64,000 bases of DNA from Paramoeba atlantica. Taxonomy: Eukaryota; Protista; Discosea. A program made the translations under genes and the position numbers. Shown piece by piece: positions 1-12,844 of this stretch. The DNA lies in the NCBI GenBank assembly GCA_977017575.1, contig CDRNVI010000025.1, positions 163,229 to 227,228 of the forward strand. Direction: 5' to 3'. The number at the start of each line of letters is the position of its first letter. The first letter of the stretch is position 1. Below the pieces are notes generated by a model. The model saw only the letters and a program-made list of their open reading frames with translations, made no database searches and was not told the DNA's origin.

Positions 1-1
1 C

Positions 2-487
2 CCAAGCCAAAAATGCTAGCAACAAATCGTTCTTCCGATGCTCGTCTTGGTGATAGCGTGGGGCATTGCGTTCGGCAGCTCCAATACTAAAGTAGCGACG
101 CAAATGAGCGTCCAATTCCACAAAACTACGATCTCGCGTCTCCGAGGGTGCCTCGATGAACATCGCGTACGTAGATAATTCAAGCGGTTCGAACGTTCCA
201 GTCTCTCGGCCTTCAACACGCTCCATCGCAGCGGAGTAAGGGTCAGTGGCGAGTTTCTCCACCCCATGTAATCGAGCATTCGTCGGAGGAAACGTAAGCT
301 CGCCAAATTTCGCATAGTCCACCAACATAGTTGTTTTCTCTTCGCCAATCTTCTTCACCACTCCCTTCCACATTTCTCCACGTGGCACTTTGTCTGAGGA
401 CCATAAAACCGCGATAGTGTCGCCAACCTGACTCTCGGCCACAAACCGTCCAATGCGAGAGTCAGATAGTGGGGGGAGGTCATTCAT
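2..487 (-). CDS. Gag-like ORF1 of a YR retroelement, partial (runs off the left edge; absent from the ORF track)
   Basis: Hand translation from ATG 487: MNDLPPLSDSRIGRFVAESQVGDTIAVLWSSDKVPRGEMWKGVVKKIGEEKTTMLVDYAKFGELTFPP..., no stop before position 2. Same W..W.G..Y..FPP module as the gags at 6077-7369 and 24328-25509. Confidence 0.65.
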   Translation of the reverse strand, partial: MNDLPPLSDSRIGRFVAESQVGDTIAVLWSSDKVPRGEMWKGVVKKIGEEKTTMLVDYAKFGELTFPPTNARLHGVEKLATDPYSAAMERVEGRETGTFEPLELSTYAMFIEAPSETRDRSFVELDAHLRRYFSIGAAERNAPRYHQDEHRKNDLLLAFLAW

Positions 488-721
488 TGTGCGTTTTTTG
501 CTTTGAAAATACGGCTAGGATTACAATGAGTTACACATAATTATCCATCGTTTACTTCCATACATGTATGAATACGGTGCATTAAAACGATTTCACATTT
601 TTACATGTATTACTCAAAGAGTTCCTGCAATACTAAATATTATAAATAAATGTTATAAATAAAATAATACGGGCATTTTCTAAAATTTTCATCATGGGCT
701 GAAAAAGGACTACATGTTTTC

Positions 722-1310
722 GTACGTCCCACTTGGGGATTAGCATCCCACACGGCGACGCGTCAACGATCCCGTTCTGTACCGAGACTCGCGAACCCCT
801 TTAGCCGTGTAGTAGAAGAAGAAACGAGTTCGCAAACTGCGGCAAGCGCACAAAATGGTGCTGTTGATCCGCGAGTCCAATCTGCCAACCAGATGCTGGA
901 AGTATTTGGTGGACTATCAAGACAACTTGAGACACTTCTGAAAGCCCAACAGGAGCAGCAGTCATTTTGGGAGCGCCGTACTACACAGTCAGATGAACGA
1001 TTAGAGGCGCTTATTCAAAACCTACGCGTCAGCCCTTTAGCTTCTGGGAACGAGCGTTCCACTCCGGTACCCACCTCTCAGACTTTGGTGAGAAACATAA
1101 CCCGAAACCCAGCGATGTCCGCGCAACCTCTTTCAGAGGACGAAGTGTAAGAGAAGGTTTTACGCATTACAGCACTACTGGAAGAAAATGAGGTTGAAAT
1201 CGAAGTAACCTGGTACCTCGAGAAAAACGGCCCACTTACCGCAATAACATGGCGAGGCAACCCAAAGGCGGGAGGCCCTGACGAGGGCGAAAAAATACCA
1301 TTTATGAATA
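722..1310 (+). pseudogene. Gag-like fragment of a YR retroelement with an internal stop
   Basis: Reading through TAA 1148-1150 gives EKVLRITALLEENEVEIEVTWYLEKNGPLTAITWRG, which aligns with KVICKVTSLLDKYTVELDVSWYYEELGPSALQVWKG in gag 6077-7369. The ORF then decays into AT-rich sequence. Confidence 0.65.
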
Positions 1311-1517
1311 ATTTTTTTCATATGAATACGATCTCCATGCGAAGCGATCGAAACATGTTAGAACCCAATAAGTAAAACCTATAAATTTACGATTTTGTAT
1401 GTTGGAGATAATACCTCCTTACACTAAATGGTAAGATTTTCTTGACAAAGAAACTCGCGAAATGCAAAATTTTTTGTTGAATTATAACGTTATAACGCTT
1501 TAGAACGTTGTTGTTTC

Positions 1518-2958
1518 TTAATTTAAAAGAGATACATGGCCATGCCTGTCGCTCTCGTTCCCATGGCGTGAGGGTTCATCTGCTATGTTTTTCTCGGAGC
1601 AAATCCAACGGACCTCCTTGAGATAACCCGGTAGGAAAAACACCTGGTATAACCGGCGTAGCCACTCCATAATTAGCGGGGGTCCTGCCTTCCATTTGGA
1701 CAGCCATGCCACAACGTTCTTATTATCTGATATCAGTGTACAAGCCTTGATTTTTCTTTCCTTTACCAGTTTTAAGCCCATCTCTGCTGCGAATAGCTCC
1801 TTATATGCAATAGGCTTATCTCTGAGCCAGGCCGCAAAATTTCCAGAGCGATACTGAAGACTGCCGCCCTGCAGCCATGCTAGTCCCCACCCCTTCTCGG
1901 AAGCATCACAATACAATTCAAAGGCACTGGTTTTTCCCCTCTCCAATTTTCTAGGGGTGTTTGCCTCCACTCTATCGATTAGCGCAATAAGGCTTGAGAT
2001 GAATTTCTGGGACATCTGGCATGGTAAATCCCATAAGACTGGCTTAGCTGCCAATCTGCGTGCTCTCCCCTTCAGCCAATACATCACAGTTGGAAATTCG
2101 CATTGAGTAATACCTAACACTCTAGTTGCCCAGAACAGAGTCCCCAACACTTTCCAGATTAGACGGTGCGTCGGCAAGCGATGCTGTTGCGCTAGTAACT
2201 TGAATGCCTCACGTAAGTGTTTTAATTTATCAATAAACTGAACCGGCAGTGAGAGTTTCTTTTCCTCTAGATTTACCTCAATGCCTAATACCGTTCCCTT
2301 ACTGGTGGGCTTCGTGGTGACCGCAATTTCGGCGCCAACCTGCTTCGCACGTTGCAAAGTTTGGCTCAGGTCATCCTCTACATCCTCCTGGCTGGTTCCA
2401 AAACGGTAACAATTGTCGATAAAAGTCAGTGGATGTGAATTACTAACCGGAAGGTTGTGGATCAAGCTTGTAGCCGCATGACCAATTTTTTACCGAAGAA
2501 TGCCATCCCATGGGCAATGTGGCCCAACCATATGTCCTTCCCTTAATGCGAACGGCCAAGTAGGGCAGAACATCTTCTGGAAGCCCAAACTGATGGTACC
2601 AATTTCTTCCATCCGTCTCCCCGAAGAATTTGTTTTCCAGGACCGCCTTTTCAATATCCTGCAAGCTCGCTAACGTTAAAGGGCCTGGGACTATAGATTG
2701 TATCTCGTTGAGAGGAATCGCATTCAAGATCACACGCATGGTTTTCTTCTTCGGCTTGGGAATCAAAAATGCTGTCATCCATATTTTTGCGGTTCTCCGT
2801 GGGATTCTCTTTATTACCCCGGACCTCACCATCTCCTCCACGAAAGGTTCCAGCCTCTTCGATTCACCGCGATAACGAGGATCGTAATCCTTCCTCAACA
2901 AGCCCTTAAACTTATTCGCGTCCTGCACGAAACCGAATATTTTCTTTTCTTCTCTCAC
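1518..2958 (-). pseudogene. RT-RNase H (pol) of a DIRS/Ngaro/VIPER-type YR retroelement, frameshifted near 2450, 5' part lost
   Basis: RT motifs FLIPKPKKKTMRVILN, ETDGRNWYHQF, LPMGW, FIDN. DIRS-type RNase H LYCDASEKGWG..IAYKELFAA..SDNKNVV..NIADEPSR. Confidence 0.8.
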
Positions 2959-3047
2959 ATCGCTTCCAGTTAATAATCAAATCTTTTTTTTTTTTTTTTT
3001 TTTTGGGTTGCTGTTCGTCTGTTGTAGGTGTAGATTTCGTGAATACG

Positions 3048-3245
3048 TTTTTTTTTTTTTTTGTAAGACCCCTGTCATTGCATTCTGCCACAATGACGGA
3101 TCAGAGATAAGGCTTATATAAGGCTTGCGCGACTTTGCAAGCTGTGTAATATTTCGTATTATGATATAAAAACCAATGAGCTGATTTATAGACTGAATTC
3201 CTGCGTAGCGCCTTCTTCGTTTAGGTATTTCCGAAGGTGGGAATA
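3048..3245 (-). mobile_element. About 200-bp 5'-truncated 3' end of an S-family RLE element with poly(A)
   Basis: Near-identical to 12461-12650 (last codons plus 3'UTR of ORF 12590..12829). Poly(T) at 3048-3062. Confidence 0.85.
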
Positions 3246-3333
3246 TGATCTTTGTTGCTATTACAATAGATTTCAAAATATCTGCATAATCATCGAGTAT
3301 GATGCGCGCTGTCTAAACTAAAAACACCATGAA

Positions 3334-6037
3334 CTAACGACTGGGAAGTCTGCACCCTCCCCGTCGCCAGTCTCCCTTGGACACAATAACCATACCGTCC
3401 TTTCGCCAAGTTCCGTAGCGGTTCCTGCTCCAAGGGTCAGCTAAGTTCGCATTCGTTTCAACATAGTGTGCCGCTATTTTTATTCCTCGGATGTTGATGA
3501 AATTTAAAATTCGAATAAGAACTGTGGATATATTATATGAATCCGACCACTGCTTTGCAATCGCGTATTTGACACTCGTATTGTCCACACATAATCGAAT
3601 GTTTTTCCAACGTGCCCAATGATCTTTAAAAGTAATCAAAGCCTTTTCAGTGGCTGTAGCCTCTGCATAATTGATTTCCATATCCGATTCCCAAGGTGCA
3701 CCACCACCATAAACGGCTCCATCCGGACAAATGAGAACAGCACCCCATCCGTCTAGCGATGCATCAGTGAACAGCACTGCCTCAGGTATATCAATTCTCC
3801 TAGGCTGATGTTGCCATTTGTTCAACCGAATTTCTTGTATCCATTTCTTAAGAAGATGGCAAACAGTTGGGGGCATGTTAATGTGATCCGTATCTCGAAT
3901 TTTGCCCTTGTTCAGCTTGCTAACTTGTCGGCGGACAAATTTTATTGTCCAATAATACTTGGGTATCAAGACTTGTAGAATTCCAGATGCGTACAATAGG
4001 CGTGCACATAGAGATTCCAATTGGTGCATTGGCATTACATCAGGAATGTCATGTGGAATTTTGTTCACGAACAGTTCAGCGAGTCTGAAGCACTGAGTAT
4101 CATGATCATAGCTTACACCCAAAAAGTCATACTTTGGGCCACAATATGACTCTTCTTCCTTGAAGGTAGCGTTTAATTTTTTTGCCCGAGTTTCCAACCA
4201 ATTTTCATATAATTTGCATTGATGTTGAGCTCCAGTGTAACGTATTCCGTCGATATAGATATCTATATTGCCATTCTTCAGTGAACTTTCTGTCATGATA
4301 GAGTCTTTCGTATATTTCGGATCACCTGCTACCACTCCTGTTAAAATTTGCTGTATTTCAGGGGCGCAACAATGGCCCATCGGCATGCGAGTTAGTTGAT
4401 ATGTAGCGTCTCCATACCGAAAACGATAGAAACACTTAGAATGTTGTGGTAACGCAACCTGATAAAAACTTGATTTTAAATCTCTCTTTACTGCACATGG
4501 TGAACGAACACTTTCAGCGTATGATCCCGGTTGATCTATTGGAACGTGGGCTACGTAAGTATTTTGCAAAATAGCGTTTTGATGCTTGGGCCAACATATA
4601 AAACGGCGTCTTTTTACTCCGTTCCTCTCTTCGACCACGGTAGATGGTAATACCTTGCCTTTCGTAGGATTGCTTCGTAACTCTACATAACTGACACGCT
4701 CGATGATGCCATTTTCAGATAGCTGCTTAATATCTGTATGCGATAAGGATCCGTTGGAGCGAGGTAGAATTCCAATATTATTCAAAATAGGGAAATGTGG
4801 CATCGTTATGTTTTTCCATACGTCTGTAAACCTTGTTCCCACTTCAGGCTTCATATGTTGTATTGCCGTTGAAAGGTCAATTGGTTGCACTTTGGGGGCG
4901 TGTAACGGGATGTTGAATTGTTCTGGAGTAGCCATACTAGATTTCCGAATTGTGCGTGTCCAGATAACTTTTTTCCTAGGCGCAACGTCTTTCTGCTGTG
5001 TATCCCAATACGACATTAAGTTCTTCTTGCTGTTTAAAGGAAACGTGTCACCCATTGTGTTCCTAAGGCGCGTGCCGTCGTTTCCGATCTTCCGGAGTAT
5101 CGGAGTAGAGTGGTTACGTTCTTGTGGTTTGCGAGGTTCATTACTTCTTCCAATGTTAGTTTCTTCAGTGCCACTTGTTTCATCAGGGAGTGCACGGCTC
5201 CGTGCTTCATCGAATGTGAGGAATACCCCGGACCCAGATGCTTTCTGAGAAAACTCGCTACCTTTTGAGTGCTTGCCTGAGAGATTTTTTGATTGGGTTT
5301 CAATTTGCGAAGATGGGTGTATATCAGATGGGTATACGCACCTTCGATTACCACAAAACAATCTGGGCGAAAAGGTTGCATCTTTGTAGTTTTTGTTTTG
5401 TTTCCCATATGTAGAACAATGCTTGTAGGGTTCAGGTGAATTACATCCTTTCTTTGTAACTTGCAAATATCGCCTATTCGGGAGGCTGTCTTGTACGCCA
5501 ACAGAACAGCTATGAACATGTCTGTGGGCATCAGTCGGCTCAACTCGTTTATGTGATATTTGTTTACAGGTTTCGCTTGATGAGTCGGAATAGTGGCTCC
5601 CGTGCGTAAAAGAGTGTTGCAATACATCCTTATAAGTTCGAAATTTTGTCCGGAGGCTTTCAGAAGGGCTTGCAAGTGCTTCCCGTATGTTAGCTTTGTC
5701 TGGTTTGTTAGTCATTTGATTGAGAAATTCGATTGCTCCATCGCTGCAAAACTGAAATCTTTTCTCTTCCATTCGTCTTAAAAGGCGGGCTCTTGTTTTC
5801 CATGTGTTGACACTCCACATTTTCCGAAGGCAATTTCTGGTTATTGGCTGGATTATTCCTAAGAAATTCATTACATAATCTTCCTCCCTGATGTCGGAAT
5901 TCTTCTTTTGTTGGCAGTTTATCTTGTTCTGACTTGTCACTCTTTGTTTGGGGCAGATTTACTGATTTTGAATTTTGTTTTGTAATTTTTAGTTCCATCA
6001 AATTTTTCGTTCTGTATTCCCTTTTTGAAAGTATCAT
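3334..6037 (-). pseudogene. pol (N-terminal extension, RT, RNase H); 6037-5708 joins the 3334 frame across a +1 indel near 5710
   Basis: KRRRFICWP, KRDLKSSFYQV, RMPMGH, YIDG, FLGV; RNase H LFTDASLDGWG, INYAEATA, VDNTSV, NLADPWSR. Span 2704 nt = 3n+1. Confidence 0.85.
5034..5940 (-). pseudogene. Tyrosine recombinase nested in pol, same +1 indel
   Basis: N-terminal MWSVNTWKTRARLL (matches MWSTSTWDSRARLW at 23629..24249). Catalytic R (YKTASRIGD), HSMKHG, and ANH...LRY. Span 907 nt = 3n+1. Confidence 0.8.
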
Positions 6038-6076
6038 GTTCGACTGACTTTTTGCACGGGGGCAGACTCCTGTGAG

Positions 6077-7369
6077 TCAATTGCTCCGGCCAGTGGACCC
6101 CCGTCCGTAGAAAACCGGGTTTAAGCCCCCCCGATTTACTGCCCTGAAATTCCGTGAATAAGGCCGTTGAATGTCCCTACCATAGTGATTTTTTTGATTA
6201 GTTTCGGTTTGTGAATATGTTGCGGAAACATTCTGTTGTCCTGATCGGTATCCCCGCATTGGCGTGAAACCTCGTCCTCTGCCCCGGTTATAATTTACGC
6301 TTGTATTGATCAAATTCCCCAAGACGTCATCTGAATTTCGGTGGGCATTATAATGAGATTGCACATAACTAGTATCGGAGCCCTTTAATGACCCCAGTTT
6401 AATGCGTAAACGATCAAGTGTCAACTGTCCAACTTCAAAATGTTTTTCTGAATCTTCAGCTTCATTCTGGCGATCTGCTGTTGCTCGCATCCATTGTTTT
6501 AATAATTCCCACAGAAATTTCAATTCTTCATTCAGATAAATTGGCATTTGCAATGCTTCTTTCAGCCGATTTTCCAAAATATCTAGAGAGAACGGTTCAC
6601 CAGAGTTTAGTATTCCAGACCAGGTTCGTACTTTCTGCCATTTAAATGAACTCTCTTCGAATTGACCACGAAGTTCGGATCCTGAGATATCTGAAGTTTC
6701 CTCATCTTTCGGAACCTTAGATACGATCTTAATATTGTTGTACATGACACCTTCCTCAGGTAAAGCGTACAGGCCCTGGCCATAGTCGACTTGTAAAAAG
6801 GGTTTTCCATTTTCATCAATTCCGGGATAGGCTATTCCTTTCCACACTTGCAAAGCACTTGGACCTAATTCTTCATAGTACCACGAAACATCCAGCTCGA
6901 CGGTGTACTTGTCTAGAAGAGAAGTAACTTTGCAAATAACTTTTTTCAACTCGTCGGGGCTCATACAATGATTCGGGTTCACTTGTTCGTGGTGGCGCAC
7001 TTCACTAGTACCCGCATCAGAGGTTCCTATGCTTGACCCTTTTTGATTCTGACGGTCGTTCAACCTTTGGGTCACTTCCATCGTCATGGAGCGCAATATC
7101 TTCATTTCATTCCGTACTTCCGCATCACGTTTTCCAAACTCTTTTTGGAGATTTTCTTGCGCAGTTGAAACTTTCTTTACGTCCGTACGAAATTCGGAAA
7201 TCTGCTGTAATATTATCTGTAAAGTTTGATTAATGTTCGAATCTTCCCCCGTACCCACAGTAACGCTATCTCCACCACAAGGCTGAACCATAACAGGTTC
7301 TTCAGAGAGCGGGCCCGACTCAGGTGCAGCTTGAGACGAATCCGCCAGTTGAGAACGTGTTGAAACCAT
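6077..7369 (-). CDS. Gag-like ORF1 (430 aa)
   Basis: First ORF upstream of YR/pol; predicted coiled-coil stretch, W..W.G module, RG-rich C-terminus. Confidence 0.75.
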   Translation of the reverse strand: MVSTRSQLADSSQAAPESGPLSEEPVMVQPCGGDSVTVGTGEDSNINQTLQIILQQISEFRTDVKKVSTAQENLQKEFGKRDAEVRNEMKILRSMTMEVTQRLNDRQNQKGSSIGTSDAGTSEVRHHEQVNPNHCMSPDELKKVICKVTSLLDKYTVELDVSWYYEELGPSALQVWKGIAYPGIDENGKPFLQVDYGQGLYALPEEGVMYNNIKIVSKVPKDEETSDISGSELRGQFEESSFKWQKVRTWSGILNSGEPFSLDILENRLKEALQMPIYLNEELKFLWELLKQWMRATADRQNEAEDSEKHFEVGQLTLDRLRIKLGSLKGSDTSYVQSHYNAHRNSDDVLGNLINTSVNYNRGRGRGFTPMRGYRSGQQNVSATYSQTETNQKNHYGRDIQRPYSRNFRAVNRGGLNPVFYGRGSTGRSN

Positions 7370-7492
7370 AAAATTTTTAAACTATGAGTAGTGAAAAAAG
7401 GCCAATCTCAATCAATTGAATTTTTAAATTATGACTGTCTCCAAAATAACCTTCTATGTACATTTTCTCATTCGATACAATGGTCTTCAAAA

Positions 7493-10459
7493 TTACTTTC
7501 GCATGCTTTCAATGTGGGAGTGCTTGCGCGTACAGTTCATTCCTGAGCACCGGGAGCATCCTGCGACGTGGGAAATGATACTGGAAGGCGACTCTTGACT
7601 GCAGCAGCCCGGACAAGTAATCTTAGCGGGTGCTTTCGAAAGACCGATTCCCAAGCGCATCATAAGCGTGTAGCGAAAAAGGTATGGATTTATATAATTA
7701 CTAGTGCTCTCGAGATGAAGATTTGCTTCTTTCGTGCGCTTCAAGATGTGTTCTATTCGACCGTTTTTCTTCAACTCTGCCAGTTGTTTCTCGTGCTCAG
7801 TGGTCATTTTCTTCTTCAGTAGCTTTTGAGCAATTTCTCCGCGACTCTGAGCCTTCGCGCTTGTTTTGTTCCCGCCTGTAAGATCTACCGGAGCGTAAGT
7901 GGGTTGAAAGTGCTCATCAATAGATGTTTGGGCGGATTCAAAAAAGAACTTTTGCTTGAGAACGGAGGAAATCAGACCTAAGCCACCAAGCTTTTGTGGG
8001 AGTGCTGCAAGTTGAAAGGCGGTTTCATCGGCGCCGCACCATTTTTCAACAACCTTGTGAACTTGTTTCTCAAATGCTTCTGCAAGTCGTCGGGTAGCAT
8101 GGGGTCGATGTACCCTTAAATGATAGTCTTGCCGGGGGATCATACATCGTCGTAGAATGGCCAGAGATAGGTTATTAGGTCCCATGAGCAGGAGGCGACG
8201 AAAGAGGCATTGGTGTTTGCTCATTTTCTTGATAAGTAGGTCCTCCACAATCTCATCTCCGCCAATATAAGCCCCGAGAATTTTTAGTGTATCTGTGCGG
8301 AAATTGACGCCTAACCCCTCCAATGAAGATTCGCCAGTGCATGGGGTGTCTTTCTGAAACCATTCACACTTTTCAAACTTAACTTGAAGGTTAATCTCTC
8401 CGGTGATTTCCCGTAGGTGCAGGAACGCTGCCTCGAGCGATTTCACATTTTTGGAGCTTAGAGTCACGTCGTCTTGATATGCTCGAATATTGACATCGGG
8501 ATAGAGGCCGGCAACTTCACGAAGTGGTCCCTGTAAAAGCGCGCAGAAATACATCGAAGATAGAGCAGACCCTTGACGAATTCCAGAGGTGCTGTCGATG
8601 GTTGCGAAAAGGGAGTTATGCGCAAAGAAAAGTAGCTCGGAAGGAAGCCCATACTCTAGAAAGAAAAGCCGCATAAAGGGTTTGAAAATCGGATTCTCGG
8701 TCAGTGACTTTGCAATGGCATCGCGATGTGGCGTGTTATATGCGTTGCTAAAATCCACCGTCAGCAGTGCATGTCCCTCGTCGTATTCTCGCAACAACTC
8801 ATGAATAATGGACTCACACGCATTTTTATGGAGCACTCCTCGTTGGATAGGCGCAAAGAAACCCTTTAGATTAGATTCGTGTCGCTGAAGCAAGATCGAT
8901 CCGCATATTTTCAAAATGGTGTCACCCATGGCTACCGGTCGTATTCCATTTTGTGGCTTCGGGAGGGCAATTATTCTACATCGTGTGAGTCGCTTTCGAA
9001 CGCTAAAAGGAATCTCACCGTTGATGACATCACGGATCATGTGGCATAATGAAAGGCACGCTTCATCGTCATCGGCGAGCAACCGCACCATGCTTTCACT
9101 TAATCCACTCGGCCCTGGAGAGGCTCCCTTTGCCAATCTTTCGACTGCTAGGCGGAATTCCGATTGTTCGACAACAGCAATCCTAGGAAAATCAGCTATA
9201 GGGATGTCAATGGCGGGGCCTTCTGGATGAAGCTCTTTGAGTTTCCGAACTTTTTCCTCGGCTGTCAGCGGGGAATCTCGATAAATGTTGTCGAGAATGC
9301 GGACCGCTTTACCAGTATTCCCAGCTCGCGCCGTGTTTAAAGCATTGCGAATCGAGCGTTTGTCTATTTGTAGTTCTTCACGTTCTTCAGGGGTGAGGGA
9401 GTTATCCGCGTCAAGATGCTCCATCTTTCTGACATGGCCTACAGTTGTGGTTCGTCTAGCTAAGGTGCGAACTGAAGCCAAGGAGTCTCGAGGGGCGTTG
9501 AGGAATTTGTGCCATATTGCTTCCTTTTCAGAGTCGAGCTTTGCATTTGAGTAACCGCGGATGATGGCACGAAAGATAGCCACCACATGGACTGAGAAAG
9601 ATGGATCAATTCGCGCCATATGTGGCAGAGGTTCGAGATCACTTTGACCATCTTCAGATGAAATTTTAGATGCTTCTTCTTCAAAGTTCTTTGCCTGCAC
9701 CTCAACTTTAACAAGTTTAGTCGCCCGAAGACTACAAATTTTGATTTTGCTAGATTGGGGAAGATAAAGAAAACCTTTGGGGCCGTCGTTCCCAGGAGCT
9801 GGCTCATAGGAAATCTTAATTTTCACCTGCCCTTGTCTTGCGGATCGTCCAACTACCGTTCCTTTTGATTTGTATGTCGTAGAGCTTTGTCGAAAACCCC
9901 ATTCCATCACGCATTCCGTACCTTTTCCCCAATGTGCTACAACTTTGTGAACATGATCTGCTGCTTTAAAGTTGTTGCTGTTCGTCCCCATCAGTCGCTC
10001 CACCTCGCTTTCGCTATCCAGTGACATGGTGTCGTCGACTCCAGCGACATCGTGATCGTAGTCCGAGTCGTCATTTTCCATTTTGTTCCCGTTCGGAATA
10101 TTGTCTGCTGCCGGATGCTGCGCTGAAGTTTTACAATCAATGGTGGATTTGATCGCGCGATCCAAATTAAATCTCTGCGAAGTAATTTTAATGATGTTTT
10201 TATTGTCGGCTTGAGATGGAGTTTTGTTTTGTTCGTCCAGTGTCATCCCGTGATCGACCCAATTTTTCGACAGGGGCGTAGACCCAATGATGCGGATGCG
10301 TGGGGTCTTCTTAGGTTTCTCCGACGCCGAAGCCATACTCTTCACCTCGTTGTTCTCATTGTTGTTCTGCTCTTGTTTTCGTAATTTTACCGTCAATCTA
10401 CATGATTTCACACCGAAGCCTTTCGACGTCTGAGAAGTTCCACGGGCAAGGCGTGCCAT
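7493..10459 (-). pseudogene. S-family CRE/SLACS-like RT ORF, 3'-truncated before the RLE domain
   Basis: GASPGPSG, IRPVAMG, VDFSNAYN, GIRQGSALS, YQDD. Homology to ORF 49842..53381 stops at KHSHI (about 7511); no RLE or poly(A). Confidence 0.85.
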
Positions 10460-10496
10460 GAAGCGATTAAAAAAGAGTAGAAAAAGAAAAATAATT

Positions 10497-10532
10497 CAAC
10501 AAGGTACAGAAACTGTATCTTTATCGTTAAAG
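10497..10532 (-). other. Spliced-leader (mini-exon)-like sequence, 36 nt, at the element 5' end
   Basis: Sense CTTTAACGATAAAGATACAGTTTCTGTACCTTGTTG contains the kinetoplastid SL core ACAGTTTCTGTAC and ends TTG; 37 nt upstream of ATG 10459. Confidence 0.85.
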
Positions 10533-12030
10533 TAGAAGTAGTTCTTCTACATTTACCCGTTTTACATCAATCGGATCGATTGGCCAGTTCTCTTTTCTGG
10601 GATGGTTTCTCTCTCCAAAAAACGTCCTGCGCATAAAACTCGTATAGGTATAGGATACAAAATCACAGAGTATCCTCCAAGGAGAGGTGCCGGCACCGAC
10701 AGGTGCGGCGACGCCAGCTCGCCCGTGGTGCTGAGCCGCGTTTAATGAGGACTCTTCCTGAGCCCTATTCCCATACCCGCGTGGCATGAGTAATCGCCCG
10801 GGTTCCTTCCCGGCGCCCTGAATCATGTCGTCCGATTTACCTTGTTTGGTATCCTCCATGTGGGACTTTTTCTTCCCCACAATATTTCTGCGTCTCAAGG
10901 GTCTTTTCTTCCCTTCTTTTGTCGCTTCCACGCCTATGCTCGTGCGATGGGAAACATTCTCACCTAAACTCTTAAATTTCTTGGGAAAATCATCCTTACC
11001 TGGGTAAATAGATAGACTGGTCTTATCATGTCCTTTATTTTATTAACTGAAGAGACAGGAAGTTTCCTTCTTGCTGCAAAAAAAACCTTTCCTTTACCAG
11101 TACAATCTCCCGGAAATGTTTCACTAGGTGATTTTCCAGAATCGTCTCGAACAGAAACTCTAATAAGGCCCGTTCCATAATTTCCTTGGCTCGGTATGTG
11201 TCGAGAACGCCTACCTTGAATCCCTTTCCTACTGGAGCTGTTTCCTTTTGAGGGCTGAGTCTTACGCGAAAGCGGAGGCCGGACTTTAAGGTTATGCGAC
11301 CCCGGTACGGTTTCTCTTTCCGAGGCGAGCTTCGTGCATTTTCTTTCGTAGAAAAGGGCCCGCGGGAGAGTTTGATCTTTCTCGAGGCGCCTTAATTCCA
11401 TGTGCCCCCTTTTAAACCCCCTTGGACGTGGATTTTCCTTCGCATATCTCCTTCGCACTCGAGCGCGCCGGCGGTTCTTCCCATCTCTCCTCGCGATGAC
11501 GTTAGCTTCGTGAAACCTCATCATTTCACGCTGAGCCTGAAGATATTTCCCCTCGAGGGTATCAGCTCTAAGAGCCTCCTTCCAGTAGTCGCCAAATTTC
11601 CGACCCATTCTGTGTTTTATTCGCAAATAATGTATCACCTCCATAGATGGTTCAATCGAACGCATCGTGATAAACAAACCCGCCCTCGCACGAGAACAGC
11701 AATCAGCTAGGTGAGCTGCAATGGTATCAAGCGCCAGATCTAGACTTACGATATCTCTCGATACTGATGAGGGATCTGCAGAGTGCCCGAAACACTTTCG
11801 CACCTCGTGCCTAAGCTTTCCAATAAGATTTTTCCTATAAAGATCACTGCAAAAATGTTCGAACTTCCAATCTTGCGGCTTGAGGAGGATATCGGTCGAC
11901 AGGTCGTGACAACTAGGGTCATAACTTCCGAATAATTTTTTCGGTGAGCTCACCCCTGAAACTCGCAATCCAACTCCTGAGATTTCTCCTTCACCATTAG
12001 TGTAGCACGCCATGGGCACGGGGGCTGACC
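10533..12030 (-). pseudogene. Degenerate fragment of a YR-type retroelement (probable YR/pol N-terminal region)
   Basis: WPIDPIDVKRVNVEELL resembles the pre-RT segments LPLHVKKVKVLNM and IPLHAPKVQPIDL; EALRADTLEGKY resembles a YR N-terminus. No clean catalytic motifs recovered. Confidence 0.4.
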
Positions 12031-12307
12031 CTCGGACGGTTCGATGAAAAGACGGTACTCTAGGAGTTTCGAGAACAGGACGATGTGTTGTTGTTTCTGA
12101 ATATAAAAGAGATACCTATTTACATTCAGAAATATTTAAATTCGTAAACAGGTACATTCATCAAATTTAACATTTCAGAAACACCAACAAAACAAAATCG
12201 TTGATTTTTTACATATAAAAAATCCTTTTATGAATAAAATATCTTTTTTTTTTTACTTTCAAAATTTCTTCAATTCTGCTTCTCTTTTCATAGTTTTTTT
12301 TTTTTTA

Positions 12308-12398
12308 AAGGAAAGGGTCTTAACAAAGGAAAGGGTCCTAACAAAAGAAAGGGTCTTAACAAAAGAAAGGGCCTTAACAAAAGAAAGGGTCTTAACAA
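12308..12398. repeat. Five copies of 18-bp GAAAGGGTCTTAACAAAA next to poly(T)
   Basis: Visible directly; variant of the large 18-bp array in inverted orientation. Confidence 0.9.
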
Positions 12399-12460
12399 TT
12401 TTTGTTTTTTTCTTTTTAGAGACGTGTTCACATATCGCACATATGTCCCATATCCCAACG

Positions 12461-12836
12461 TTTTTTGTAAGACCCCTGTCATTGCATTCTGCCACAATGA
12501 CGGATCAGAGATAAGGCTTATATAAGGCTTGCGCGACTTTGCAAGCTGTGTAATATTTCGTATTATGATATAAAAACCAATGAGCTGATTTATAGACTGA
12601 ATTCCTGTGTAGCGCCTTCTTCGTTTAGGTATTTCCGAAGGTGGGAATAAACTTCTAGACCATTTAATTCCTGCACCAGTAGTTTAAATTCCTGTTCAAC
12701 CCCCTGCCGGTCTAGTAAGGCGGCATCTGCTATCGCATGGATCAGACTTTGCGTGTTGCGATGTAAAGAACCTCCGGACAGAACAGGCAAGCATTGGAAG
12801 CATTCTTCTCGTATAATATTCGTCTGCACGTACGTG
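12461..12836 (-). mobile_element. S-family RLE element, 3' piece (joins 19072-19302)
   Basis: Removing 12850-19071 restores ...GPDLVIYWNNGEVYYDLTVIHEL...DAIKRKHNTYVQTNIIREECFQCLPV in frame. Confidence 0.9.
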
Positions 12837-12844
12837 TTGTGTTT

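Larger units (their letters stand above)
3246..7440 (-). mobile_element. VIPER/TATE-like YR retrotransposon, near complete (gag, YR, pol) with one +1 frameshift
   Basis: Order gag-YR-RT/RNase H with overlapping frames. Boundaries approximate. Confidence 0.85.

Noticed and set aside
3334-5940. Natural YR-pol fusion protein of 868 aa
   Set aside because: Explained by one +1 indel near 5710; the paralogous element keeps the two frames separate.
10497-10532. SL RNA gene / SLACS-type target site
   Set aside because: No GT intron or Sm site follows the exon-like sequence, and no SL remainder follows any poly(A) tail in the window.
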